Positions 1 to 8,333 of a stretch of DNA of 36,924 bases are shown piece by piece (position 1 is the stretch's first letter; each line of letters opens with the position of its first letter). A model generated the notes under the pieces. That model ran no database searches. It had not been told where the DNA came from and saw only the letters and a list, made by a program, of their open reading frames with translations. This DNA is from a virus. Taxonomy: Duplodnaviria; Heunggongvirae; Uroviricota; Caudoviricetes. Location of the stretch: the IMG/VR virus record IMGVR_UViG_2645727715_000002. The stretch is one strand, 5' to 3'. The translations under genes and the position numbers were made by a program.

Positions 1-83
1 TTTGATTCATTTTTTGCCATTGCCGATGGTATTTGAGATGAGACAATTAACGTAAGCCCTAAAATTAGTATTGATTTTTTCAT
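1..83 (-). CDS. Partial CDS (N-terminus only, runs off window start): secreted/periplasmic protein with cleavable signal peptide
   Basis: Reverse complement of 1-83 reads MKKSILILGLTLIVSSQIPSAMAKNES with no stop before the window edge; AGGA 9 nt upstream of the ATG (rc of 81-83). Confidence 0.45.
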   Translation of the reverse strand, partial: MKKSILILGLTLIVSSQIPSAMAKNES

Positions 84-381
84 TGTAATTTCCTTTTACT
101 TTTTACAAAGCGTTTAATCATGGCTGATTATCTCTAAGTGTAGTAACAGCCTTGTGCGAAACATGTTACCAAATCGCCATTTCAGTGTATCCGCAGTTAG
201 GCTGCCACTTCAAGGATTCCTAATTACATGGTACGTAAGCGTAAAATCCCGTTGGTTGGCGGGTAATAACTCTGATCAAATCTCCCTTGTCTTTTGCTCT
301 TACGTATGCAGCTCTTGTGTATTCAACCCAGGCCTCCAGTTCAGCAATACGCTTACTTCCATCCGAGATAACACCTTCTAC

Positions 382-633
382 TCACGCTGCTCGTTGAGTT
401 TTGATTTTTGCTGTCTCCAGCTCAACACGCAGTTTCCCCACCGTTAGCGCAATATCCTCGTTCTCCTGGTCGCGGCGTTTGATGTATTGCTGGTTTCTTT
501 CCCGTTCATCCAGCAGTGTCAGCACAATCGATGGTGTTACCAGCTCATGGAAAAGGTCCGCGTCAAATCCCCAGTTGTCAGGCATTGCCTGCTCTGCCGC
601 TTCACGCAGTGCCTGAGAGTGAATTACGCTCAC
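382..633 (-). CDS. Hypothetical phage early-region protein (83 aa, coiled-coil C-terminus)
   Basis: ORF in the same leftward operon; its start overlaps the stop of the upstream TraR-like gene by 4 nt (translational coupling). Confidence 0.5.
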   Translation of the reverse strand: MSVIHSQALREAAEQAMPDNWGFDADLFHELVTPSIVLTLLDERERNQQYIKRRDQENEDIALTVGKLRVELETAKIKTQRAA

Positions 634-851
634 TTCGAACCTCTCTGTTTACTGATAAGCTCCAGATCTTCCTGGCAACTTGCACAAGTCCGACAACCCT
701 GAACGGCCAGGCGTCTTAGCTCATCTATGGGATCGCCACACTCACAACAATGAGTGGCAGATACAGCCTGGTGGTTCAGGCGGCGCATTTTTATTGCTGT
801 GTTGCGCTGTAATTCTTCAATTTCTGATGCTGAATCAATGATGTCTGCCAT
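630..851 (-). CDS. DksA/TraR-family C4 zinc-finger protein (73 aa)
   Basis: Translation carries CxC...CxxC cysteine pairs (HCCECGDP...GCRTCASC) typical of the TraR/DksA zinc finger; common in lambdoid early-left regions. Confidence 0.6.
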   Translation of the reverse strand: MADIIDSASEIEELQRNTAIKMRRLNHQAVSATHCCECGDPIDELRRLAVQGCRTCASCQEDLELISKQRGSK

Positions 852-949
852 CTTCCATTAATCCCTGAATTGTTGGTTAATACGCTTGGGGGTAAATGCG
901 AGCAATAAAAAAGGAGCCTGTAGCTCCCTGATAATTTTGCTTTTCATGT

Positions 950-1165
950 TCATCGTTCCTTAAAGACGCCGTTTAACATGCCGATTGCCAGGCTTAAATG
1001 AGTCGGTGTGAATCCCATCAGCGTTACCGTTTCGCGGTGCTTCTTCAGTACGCTACGGCAAATGTCATCGACGTTTTTATCCGGAAACTGCTGTCTGGCT
1101 TTTTTGATTTCAGAATTAGCCTGACGGGCAATGCTGCGAAGGGCGTTTTCTTGCTGAGGTGTCAT
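950..1165 (-). CDS. Lambda orf61-like hypothetical protein (start uncertain; ORF is open up to 1231)
   Basis: C-terminal 71 aa (MTPQQENALRSIARQANSEIKK...) resembles the lambda orf61 region protein as recalled; position immediately left of orf63. Confidence 0.5.
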   Translation of the reverse strand: MTPQQENALRSIARQANSEIKKARQQFPDKNVDDICRSVLKKHRETVTLMGFTPTHLSLAIGMLNGVFKER

Positions 1166-1241
1166 TGAACAAGCCCCATGTCGGCAAGCATAAGCACACA
1201 GAATATGAAGCCCGCTGCCAGAAAAATACATTCAGTGGTTG

Positions 1242-1433
1242 TCATACCTGGTCTCTCTCATCTGCTTCTGCTTTCGCCACCATCATTTCCAGCTTTTGTG
1301 AAAGGGATGCGGCTAACGTATGAAATTCTTCGTCTGTTTCTACTGGTATTGGCACAAACCTGACTCCAATTTGAGCGAGGCTATGTGCCATCTCGATACT
1401 CGTTCTTAACTCAACGGGAGATGCTTTGTGCAT
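1242..1433 (-). CDS. Lambda orf63 homolog
   Basis: 63-aa translation matches recalled lambda orf63; conserved position left of exo. Confidence 0.7.
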   Translation of the reverse strand: MHKASPVELRTSIEMAHSLAQIGVRFVPIPVETDEEFHTLAASLSQKLEMMVAKAEADERDQV

Positions 1434-1594
1434 ACAGCTCCCCGTTTATTATTTATCTCCTCAGCCAGCCGCTGTGCTTTCAGGGGATTTCTGATAACAG
1501 AAAGGCCGGGAAATACCCAGCCTCGCTTTGTAACGGAGTAGACGAAAGTGATCGCACCTACCCGGATATTATCGTGAGGATGCTTCATCGCCAT
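1406..1594 (-). CDS. Lambda orf60a homolog
   Basis: 62-aa translation ([19 protein letters not shown]...) matches recalled lambda orf60a; overlaps exo stop region. Confidence 0.7.
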   Translation of the reverse strand: MAMKHPHDNIRVGAITFVYSVTKRGWVFPGLSVIRNPLKAQRLAEEINNKRGAVCTKHLPLS

Positions 1595-2265
1595 TGCTCC
1601 CCAAATACAAAACCAATTTCAGCCAGTGCCTCGTCCATTTTTTCGATGAACTCCGGCACCATCTCGTCAAAACTCGCCATGTACTTTTCATCCCGCTCAA
1701 CCACGACATAATGCAGTCCTTCACGCTTCATACGTGGGTCATAGTTGGCAAAGTACCAGGCATCTTTTCGTGTCACCCACATGCTGTACTGCACCTGGGC
1801 CATGTAAGCCGATTTTATGGCCTCGAAACCACCGAGCCGGAACTTCATGAAATCCCGGGAGGTAAACGGGCATTTCAGCTCAAGGCCATTGCCGTCACTG
1901 CATAAACCATCGGGAGAGCAGGCGGTACGCATACTTTCGTCGCGATAGATGATCGGGGATTCAATAACATTCACGCCGGAAGTGAACTCAAACAGGGTTC
2001 TGGCGTCGTTCTCGTACTGTTTTCCCCAGGCCAGTGCTTTAGCGTTAACTTCCGGAGCCACACCGGTGCAAACCTCGGCAAGCAGGGTGTGGAAGTAGGA
2101 CATTTTCATGTCAGGCCACTTCTTTCCTGAGCGGGGCTTTGCTATCACGTTGTGAACTTCTGAAGCGGTGATGACGCCGAGCCGTAATTTGTGCCATGCA
2201 TCATCCCCCTGTTCGACAGCTCTCACGTCGATCCCGGTACGCTGCAGGATAATGTCCGGTGTCAT
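1585..2265 (-). CDS. exo: Lambda exonuclease (Red alpha)
   Basis: 226-aa translation is near-identical to lambda Exo as recalled ([40 protein letters not shown]...). Confidence 0.95.
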   Translation of the reverse strand: MTPDIILQRTGIDVRAVEQGDDAWHKLRLGVITASEVHNVIAKPRSGKKWPDMKMSYFHTLLAEVCTGVAPEVNAKALAWGKQYENDARTLFEFTSGVNVIESPIIYRDESMRTACSPDGLCSDGNGLELKCPFTSRDFMKFRLGGFEAIKSAYMAQVQYSMWVTRKDAWYFANYDPRMKREGLHYVVVERDEKYMASFDEMVPEFIEKMDEALAEIGFVFGEQWR

Positions 2266-3047
2266 GCTGCCACCTTCTGCTCAGTGGCTTTTTGTTTCAG
2301 GAATCCAAGAGCTTTCACTGCTTCGGCCTGTGTCAGTTCTGACGATGCACGAATGTCGCGGCGAAATATCTGGGAACAGAGCGGCAATAAGTCGTCATCC
2401 CATGTTTTATCCAGGGCGATCAGCAGAGTGTTAATCTCCTGCATGGTTTCATCGTTAACCGGAGTGATGTCGCGTTCCGGCTGACGTTCTGCAGTGTATG
2501 CGGTATTTTCGACAATGCGCTCGGCTTCATCCTTGTCATAGATACCAGCAAATCCGAAGGCGAGACGGGCACACTGAATCATGGCTTTATGCCGTAACAT
2601 CCGTTTGGGATGCGACTGCCACGGCCCCGTGATTTCTCTGCCTTCGCGGGTTTTGAATGGTTCGCGGCGGCATTCATCCATCCACTCGGTAACGCAGATC
2701 GGATGATTGCGGTCTTTGCGGTAAATCCGGCATGTGCAGGATTCGTTGTCCTGTTCAAAGTCCATGCCGTCAAACTGCTGGTTTTCGTTGATGATGCGGG
2801 ACCAGCCATCAACGCCCACCACCGGAACGATGCCGTTCTGCTTATCAGGGAAGGCGTAAATTTCTTTCGTCCACGGATTAAGACCGTACTGGTTGGCGAC
2901 GATCAGCAATGCGATGAACTGCGCATCGCTGGCATCACCTTTAAATGCCGTCTGGCGAAGAGTGGTGATCAGTTCCTGTGGGTCGACAGAATCCATGCCG
3001 ACTCGTTCAGCCAGCTTCCCAGCCAGCGTTGCGAGTGCTGTACTCAT
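2262..3047 (-). CDS. bet: Red beta single-strand annealing protein
   Basis: 261-aa translation matches lambda Bet; start overlaps exo in the lambda arrangement. Confidence 0.95.
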   Translation of the reverse strand: MSTALATLAGKLAERVGMDSVDPQELITTLRQTAFKGDASDAQFIALLIVANQYGLNPWTKEIYAFPDKQNGIVPVVGVDGWSRIINENQQFDGMDFEQDNESCTCRIYRKDRNHPICVTEWMDECRREPFKTREGREITGPWQSHPKRMLRHKAMIQCARLAFGFAGIYDKDEAERIVENTAYTAERQPERDITPVNDETMQEINTLLIALDKTWDDDLLPLCSQIFRRDIRASSELTQAEAVKALGFLKQKATEQKVAA

Positions 3048-3052
3048 CCGTT

Positions 3053-3469
3053 TTATACCTCTGAATCAATATCAACCTGGTGGTGAGCAATGGTTTCAAC
3101 CATGTACCGGATGTGTTCTGCCATGCGCTCCTGAAACTCAACATCGTCATCAAACGCACGGGTAATGGCTTTTTTGCTGGCCCCGTGGCGTTGCAAATGA
3201 TCGATGCATAGCGATTCAAACAGGTGCTGGGGCAGGCCTTTTTCCATGTCGTCTGCCAGTTCTGCCTCTTTCTCTTCACGGGCGATCTGCTGGTAGTGAC
3301 GCGCCCAGCTCTGAGCCTCAAGACGATCCTGAATGTAATAAGCGTTCATGGCTGAACTCCTGAAATAGCTGTGAAAATATCGCCCGCGAAATGCCTGGCT
3401 GATTAGGAAAACAGGAAAGGGGGTTAGTGAATGCTTTTGCTTGATCTCAGTTTCAGCATTAATATCCAT
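3053..3469 (-). CDS. gam: Gam, RecBCD inhibitor
   Basis: 138-aa translation matches lambda Gam ([24 protein letters not shown]...). Confidence 0.95.
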   Translation of the reverse strand: MDINAETEIKQKHSLTPFPVFLISQAFRGRYFHSYFRSSAMNAYYIQDRLEAQSWARHYQQIAREEKEAELADDMEKGLPQHLFESLCIDHLQRHGASKKAITRAFDDDVEFQERMAEHIRYMVETIAHHQVDIDSEV

Positions 3470-3567
3470 TTTTTATAAGCGTCGACGGCTTCACGAAACA
3501 TCTTTTCATCGCCAATAAAAGTGGCGATAGTGAATTTAGTCTGGATAGCCATAAGTGTTTGATCCAT
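3424..3567 (-). CDS. kil: Kil (FtsZ inhibitor), 47 aa
   Basis: C-terminal 47 aa of ORF 3424..3693 ([47 protein letters not shown]) matches lambda Kil; ATG at 3565-3567 on the minus strand. Confidence 0.8.
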   Translation of the reverse strand: MDQTLMAIQTKFTIATFIGDEKMFREAVDAYKKWILMLKLRSSKSIH

Positions 3568-3700
3568 TCTTTGGGACTCCTGGCTGATTAAGTATGTCGA
3601 TAAGGCGTTTCCATCCGTCACGTAATTTACGGGTGATTCGTTCAAGTAAAGATTCGGAAGGGCAGCCAGCAACAGGCCACCCTGCAATGGCATATTGCAT
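3536..3700 (-). CDS. cIII: CIII, FtsH (HflB) inhibitor, 54 aa
   Basis: C-terminal 54 aa of ORF 3536..3772 ([54 protein letters not shown]) matches lambda CIII; ATG at 3698-3700. Confidence 0.85.
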   Translation of the reverse strand: MQYAIAGWPVAGCPSESLLERITRKLRDGWKRLIDILNQPGVPKNGSNTYGYPD

Positions 3701-3772
3701 GGTGTGCTCCTTATTTATACATAACGAAAAACGCCTCGAGTGAAGCGTTATTGGTATGCGGTAAAACCGCAC

Positions 3773-4141
3773 TCAGGCGGCCTTGATAGTCATATCATCT
3801 GAATCAAATATTCCTGATGTATCGATATCGGTAATTCTTATTCCTTCACTACCATCCATTGGAGGCCATCCTTCCTGACCATTTCCATCATCCCAGTCGA
3901 ACTCACAAACAACACCATATGCATTTAAGTCTTTCGAAATTGCTATAAGCAGAGCATGTTGCGCCAGCATGATTAATACAGCATTTAATAAAGAACCGTG
4001 TTTATTTAGTCGGTATTCAGAGTCTGACCAGAAATTATTAATCTGGTGAAGTTTTTCCTCTGTCATTACGTCATGGTCGATTTCAATTTCTATTGATGCT
4101 TTCCAGTCGTAATCAATGATGTATTTTTTGATGTTTGACAT
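3773..4141 (-). CDS. ea10: Ea10 (Ssb-like early protein)
   Basis: 122-aa translation matches recalled lambda Ea10; conserved position between cIII and ral. Confidence 0.8.
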   Translation of the reverse strand: MSNIKKYIIDYDWKASIEIEIDHDVMTEEKLHQINNFWSDSEYRLNKHGSLLNAVLIMLAQHALLIAISKDLNAYGVVCEFDWDDGNGQEGWPPMDGSEGIRITDIDTSGIFDSDDMTIKAA

Positions 4142-4161
4142 CTGTTCATATCCTCACAGAT

Positions 4162-4188
4162 AAAAAAATCGCCCTCACATTAGAGGGC
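4162..4188 (-). terminator. Candidate rho-independent terminator in the leftward (pL) transcript between ral and ea10
   Basis: Stem gccctc (4171-4176) / gagggc (4183-4188) with a 6-nt loop; read on the minus strand it is followed by a 7-T run (A-run 4162-4168 on the plus strand). Confidence 0.45.
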
Positions 4189-4324
4189 AAAGAAGATTTC
4201 CAATAATCAGAACAAGTCGGCTCCTGTTTAGTTACGAGCGACATTGCTCCGTGTATTCACTCGTTGGAATGAATACACAGTGCTGTGTTTATTCTGTTAT
4301 TTATGCCAAAAATAAAGGCCACTA

Positions 4325-4422
4325 TCAGGCAGCTTTGTTGTTCTGTTTACCAAGTTCTCTGGCAATCATTGCCGTCGTTCGTATTGCCCACACCATTGAT
4401 TCTTATCAATAGTCGCAGTCAT
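4325..4422 (-). pseudogene. ral: ral remnant with internal deletion and frameshift
   Basis: Minus strand from the ATG at 4420-4422 reads MTATIDKNQWCGQYERRQ then stop; a different frame reads IRTTAMIARELGKQNNKAA-stop, matching the lambda Ral C-terminus. Span is 98 nt versus about 201 nt recalled for lambda ral. Confidence 0.55.
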
Positions 4423-4492
4423 ACGGATAGTCCTGGTATTGTTCCATCACATCCTGAGGATGCTCTTCGAACTCTTCAAATTCTTCTTCCAT
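4406..4492 (-). CDS. Small acidic ORF (28 aa, MEEEFEEFEEHPQDVMEQYQDYPYDCDY) overlapping the ral start; possible lambda orf28 equivalent
   Basis: Uninterrupted 28-codon ORF on the minus strand ending 4406-4408; very short, coding status uncertain. Confidence 0.3.
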   Translation of the reverse strand: MEEEFEEFEEHPQDVMEQYQDYPYDCDY

Positions 4493-4616
4493 ATATCACC
4501 TTAAATAGTGGATTGCGGTAGTAAAGATTGTGCCTGTCTTTTAACCACATCAGGCTCGGTGGTTCTCGTGTACCCCTACAGCGAGAAATCGGATAAACTA
4601 TTACAACCCCTACAGT

Positions 4617-5171
4617 TTGATGAGTATAGAAATGGATCCACTCGTTATTCTCGGACGAGTGTTCAGTAATGAACCTCTGGAGAGAACCATGTATATGATC
4701 GTTATCTGGGTTGGACTTCTGCTTTTAAGCCCAGATAACTGGCCTGAATATGTTAATGAGAGAATCGGTATTCCTCATGTGTGGCATGTTTTCGTCTTTG
4801 CTCTTGCATTTTCGCTAGCAATTAATGTGCATCGATTATCAGCTATTGCCAGCGCCAGATATAAGCGATTTAAGCTAAGAAAACGCATTAAGATGCAAAA
4901 CGATAAAGTGCGATCAGTAATTCAAAACCTTACAGAAGAGCAATCTATGGTTTTGTGCGCAGCCCTTAATGAAGGCAGGAAGTATGTGGTTACATCAAAA
5001 CAATTCCCATACATTAGTGAGTTGATTGAGCTTGGTGTGTTGAACAAAACTTTTTCCCGATGGAACGGGAAGCATATATTATTCCCTATTGAGGATATTT
5101 ACTGGACTGAATTAGTTGCCAGCTATGATCCATATAATATTGAGATAAAGCCAAGGCCAATATCTAAGTAA
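4617..5171 (+). CDS. sieB: Superinfection exclusion protein B
   Basis: 184-aa translation with N-terminal hydrophobic segments matches recalled lambda SieB (…MYMIVIWVGLLLLSPDNWPEYVNERIGIPHVWHVFVFALAF…); converges with N. Confidence 0.8.
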   Translation: MMSIEMDPLVILGRVFSNEPLERTMYMIVIWVGLLLLSPDNWPEYVNERIGIPHVWHVFVFALAFSLAINVHRLSAIASARYKRFKLRKRIKMQNDKVRSVIQNLTEEQSMVLCAALNEGRKYVVTSKQFPYISELIELGVLNKTFSRWNGKHILFPIEDIYWTELVASYDPYNIEIKPRPISK

Positions 5172-5495
5172 CTAGGTAAGAGGAATCGATTTTCCCTTAA
5201 TTTTCTGGCGTCCACTGCATGTTATGCCGCGTTCGCCAGGCTTGCTGTACCATGTGCGCTGATTCTTGCGCTCAATACGTTGCAGGTTGCTTTCAATCTG
5301 TTTGTGGTATTCAGCCAGCACTGTAAGGTCTATCGGATTTAGTGCGCTTTCTACTCGTGATTTCGGTTTGCGATTCAGCGAGAGAATAGGGCGGTTAACT
5401 GGTTTTGCGCTTACCCCAACCAACAGGGGATTTGCTGCTTTCCATTGAGCCTGTTTCTCTGCGCGACGTTCGCGGCGGCGTGTTTGTGCATCCAT
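5172..5495 (-). CDS. N: Antitermination protein N (107 aa)
   Basis: Internal Met of ORF 5172..5585 gives MDAQTRRRERRAEKQAQWKAANPLLVGVSAKPVN..., matching lambda N including the arginine-rich motif; ATG at 5493-5495. Confidence 0.9.
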   Translation of the reverse strand: MDAQTRRRERRAEKQAQWKAANPLLVGVSAKPVNRPILSLNRKPKSRVESALNPIDLTVLAEYHKQIESNLQRIERKNQRTWYSKPGERGITCSGRQKIKGKSIPLT

Positions 5496-5605
5496 CTGGA
5501 TTCTCCTGTCAGTTAGCTTTGAGTAACGCGCCGTGATGCTTATCTCCACGGTTGCTGTCTTGCAGCTGCATTTCGCGCTACTCAAAGCTTTCTGCTTTGA
5601 ATGCT

Positions 5606-5636
5606 GCCCTTCTTCAGGGCTAAATTTTTAAGAGCC
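5606..5636 (-). promoter_or_regulatory. nutL (boxB hairpin plus boxA-like element)
   Basis: 5606-5620 gcccttcttcagggc is the reverse complement of the boxB consensus GCCCTGAAGAAGGGC; adjacent 5629-5636 is a boxA-like reverse complement (GGCTCTTA versus CGCTCTTA). Confidence 0.7.
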
Positions 5637-5676
5637 TCACCTTCAATGGTGGTTAGTGCGTCCTGCTGATGCGCTT

Positions 5677-5742
5677 AGTATCACCGCCAGTGGTATCTGT
5701 GTCAACACCGCCAGAGATAATTTACTCACCGCAGATGGTTAT
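5677..5742 (-). promoter_or_regulatory. pL promoter with OL1-OL2-OL3 operators
   Basis: OL1 tatcaccgccagtggta at 5679-5695 and OL2 at 5703-5719 match the lambda operators; -10 (rc GATACT) at 5677-5682 and -35 (rc TTGACA) at 5700-5705; OL3-like site at about 5726-5742. Confidence 0.75.
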
Positions 5743-5890
5743 CTGTATGTTTTTTTTATATAGTATTTATTTTTTGCAGGGTTGTGTGGATTGGGAAGGT
5801 GATCGAGAGATCTGAATTGCGATGTTTAGCGAGTTGTATCTATTAATTTTAAAATAAATACAATTGGTTATGTGTTTTTGGGGGCGTTAG

Positions 5891-5918
5891 GCAAAGAAAA
5901 CCCGGCGCAGATGCCGGG
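5891..5918 (-). terminator. Rho-independent terminator ending the cI / 301-aa gene leftward operon
   Basis: Stem cccggc (5901-5906) / gccggg (5913-5918) with a 6-nt loop; on the minus strand it is followed by TTTTCTTT (rc of 5891-5900), 13 nt past the gene stop. Confidence 0.6.
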
Positions 5919-5930
5919 TTGTGGTGGAGA

Positions 5931-6836
5931 TCAATGCTTATTTGGGAGTGCTGGTTTTTTTATCGACTCTAATAGCTCGGAGGCATTACTAATCTTTTTG
6001 TTCCCAAGGTAATTTGGCAGTTTTTCCATTGCGTAATTATCGTGTAGCCATTTTCTGAACACGCCAAGTGCCTCAATAGGATAAATCCAAGCTGTTATAT
6101 GCTTATTTGCAGCTGACTGCCTGTAATTTTCGGGGAATAGATGTGGGTACTGCACCCTTTCCCCGAATTTCTCAGATAGCCCATTAGCTGTCCAATACTT
6201 TCCCCAGTGAATTCCAACACTTCCATCCAAAGATGTGGTGTCATCCATTGGGAATCCTCCTCCGATCAGGTTCATGGCAATGTCAGCTATCTCTCTGAAT
6301 ACTGCAAAATGAGTTGTCGGTATCTGATCGTTTAGCTTAATCCTTGCTCTATAGTTCTCGAATGAGATATCTATTGAAGCATTTGGGTTGTAATTTGACT
6401 TTTCATAAATCATTCGCTTAAGCGTGTACTCAGCCAAGCGAACAAAATTACCTATTGCGACTGACCTATCAAAATTGGTGGCATCTAGAGCGTAGTAACG
6501 GAGGATAGCCATACAAACATAGTCAGGATAAGCATGTGTTTCAACGTTTGAGCTATTTATGACGCGGGTATACAGTCGGTCAACGTTGTTAAATCCTTTC
6601 TCAGCTAAGTATGCAGCTACTTTTTGTCCTCTTGGCTTATTTTTTTCAGTCTCCCAGTTAGATGTAAACATTCGAAGAGGTGCTTCATCTATGCCACATA
6701 ATTTGGCTAAACCGTAAAGAGTTAGATAAGGGGTTCCATCATTAAGCACCCCCATAGGAATGCCATCAGCAACAACTTCTACTGTAGGTACTAAGGGTAA
6801 TTCACCCTGCGATCCGCCCATCGGTAAATTTAGCAT
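5931..6836 (-). CDS. Unknown 301-aa protein in the rexAB position downstream of cI; candidate anti-phage defence or exclusion gene, possibly BstA-like (unverified)
   Basis: Uninterrupted 301-codon ORF with ATG at 6834-6836 and AAGGA upstream; AT-rich relative to the flanking lambda genes; same strand as cI and followed by a terminator; no similarity to RexA/RexB that I can recognise. Confidence 0.8.
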   Translation of the reverse strand: MLNLPMGGSQGELPLVPTVEVVADGIPMGVLNDGTPYLTLYGLAKLCGIDEAPLRMFTSNWETEKNKPRGQKVAAYLAEKGFNNVDRLYTRVINSSNVETHAYPDYVCMAILRYYALDATNFDRSVAIGNFVRLAEYTLKRMIYEKSNYNPNASIDISFENYRARIKLNDQIPTTHFAVFREIADIAMNLIGGGFPMDDTTSLDGSVGIHWGKYWTANGLSEKFGERVQYPHLFPENYRQSAANKHITAWIYPIEALGVFRKWLHDNYAMEKLPNYLGNKKISNASELLESIKKPALPNKH

Positions 6837-6911
6837 ATGTTATTGATTTCCTTATGTTATGCGCTGAGATCGACTATTCGCCTATATGGCGATTTCTATT
6901 TCTAATAAACA

Positions 6912-6925
6912 ATCGCATATGCGAT
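6912..6925. repeat. Perfect 14-bp palindrome atcgcatatgcgat in the cI / unknown-gene intergenic region
   Basis: Sequence equals its own reverse complement; lies 76 nt upstream of the unknown gene start and 30 nt downstream of the cI stop. Confidence 0.6.
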
Positions 6926-6954
6926 CTTTTTGCGACAACAAGGTTGTATTGTGG

Positions 6955-7671
<717 letters not shown>

Positions 7672-7678
7672 TTAAATC

Positions 7679-7744
7679 TATCACCGCAAGGGATAAATAT
7701 CTAACACCGTGCGTGTTGACTACTTTACCTCTAGCGGTGATAAT
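7679..7744. promoter_or_regulatory. OR3-OR2-OR1 operators with divergent pRM and pR promoters
   Basis: OR3 tatcaccgcaagggata 7679-7695 and OR2 taacaccgtgcgtgttg 7702-7718 match lambda; OR1 7726-7742 reads tacctctagcggtgata (one base differs from lambda TACCTCTGGCGGTGATA); pR -35 TTGACT 7716-7721 and -10 GATAAT 7739-7744. Confidence 0.85.
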
Positions 7745-7759
7745 AGTTGCATGTACTAA

Positions 7760-7969
<210 letters not shown>

Positions 7970-7976
7970 ATAACAC

Positions 7977-8008
7977 CGCTCTTACACATCCCAGCCCTGA
8001 AAAAGGGC
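7977..8008 (+). promoter_or_regulatory. nutR (boxA CGCTCTTA plus boxB GCCCTGAAAAAGGGC)
   Basis: boxA at 7977-7984 and boxB hairpin at 7994-8008 match the lambda nutR consensus. Confidence 0.8.
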
Positions 8009-8087
8009 ATCAAATTAAACCACACCTATGGTGTATGCATTTATTTGCATACATTCAATCAATTGTTATCTAAGGAAATACTTACAT

Positions 8088-8333
8088 ATGGTTCGTGCAA
8101 ACAAACGCAACGAGGCTCTACGAATCGAGAGTGCGTTGCTTAACAAAATCGCAATGCTTGGAACTGAGAAGACAGCGGAAGCTGTGGGCGTTGATAAGTC
8201 GCAGATCAGCAGGTGGAAGAGGGACTGGATTCCAAAGTTCTCAATGCTGCTTGCTGTTCTTGAATGGGGGGTCGTTGACGACGACATGGCTCGATTGGCG
8301 CGACAAGTTGCTGCGATTCTCACCAATAAATAA
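8088..8333 (+). CDS. cII: CII transcriptional activator, truncated at residue 81 (lacks the C-terminal 16 aa relative to lambda)
   Basis: MVRANKRNEALRIESALLNK...AAILTNK then TAA at 8331-8333; the missing tail KRPAATERSEQIQMEF is encoded immediately downstream in the +1 frame (ORF 8095..8382), consistent with a 1-nt insertion (aaaaaa to aaataaa). Confidence 0.8.
   Translation: MVRANKRNEALRIESALLNKIAMLGTEKTAEAVGVDKSQISRWKRDWIPKFSMLLAVLEWGVVDDDMARLARQVAAILTNK

Noticed and set aside
154-447. 97-aa plus-strand ORF
   Set aside because: No RBS, overlaps the minus-strand early gene at 382-633, and lies in the promoter-distal region of the leftward operon; looks like a chance ORF
4285-4521. 78-aa plus-strand ORF across the ral region
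   Set aside because: Antisense to the ral remnant and small acidic ORF, no translational signals; the lambda-homologous coding frames are on the minus strand
5931-6836. rexA/rexB at the expected position
   Set aside because: Searched the translation for RexA- or RexB-like features (RexB is a multi-pass membrane protein); the single 301-aa product has no evident transmembrane helices and does not match either as far as I can recall
7679-7744. Possibility that the operator changes mark a lambda-vir-type virulent mutant
   Set aside because: Similar low-level divergence from lambda is seen across cI, nutL, pL and many structural genes, so natural allelic variation is the simpler explanation; OL1, OL2, OR2 and OR3 read as wild type
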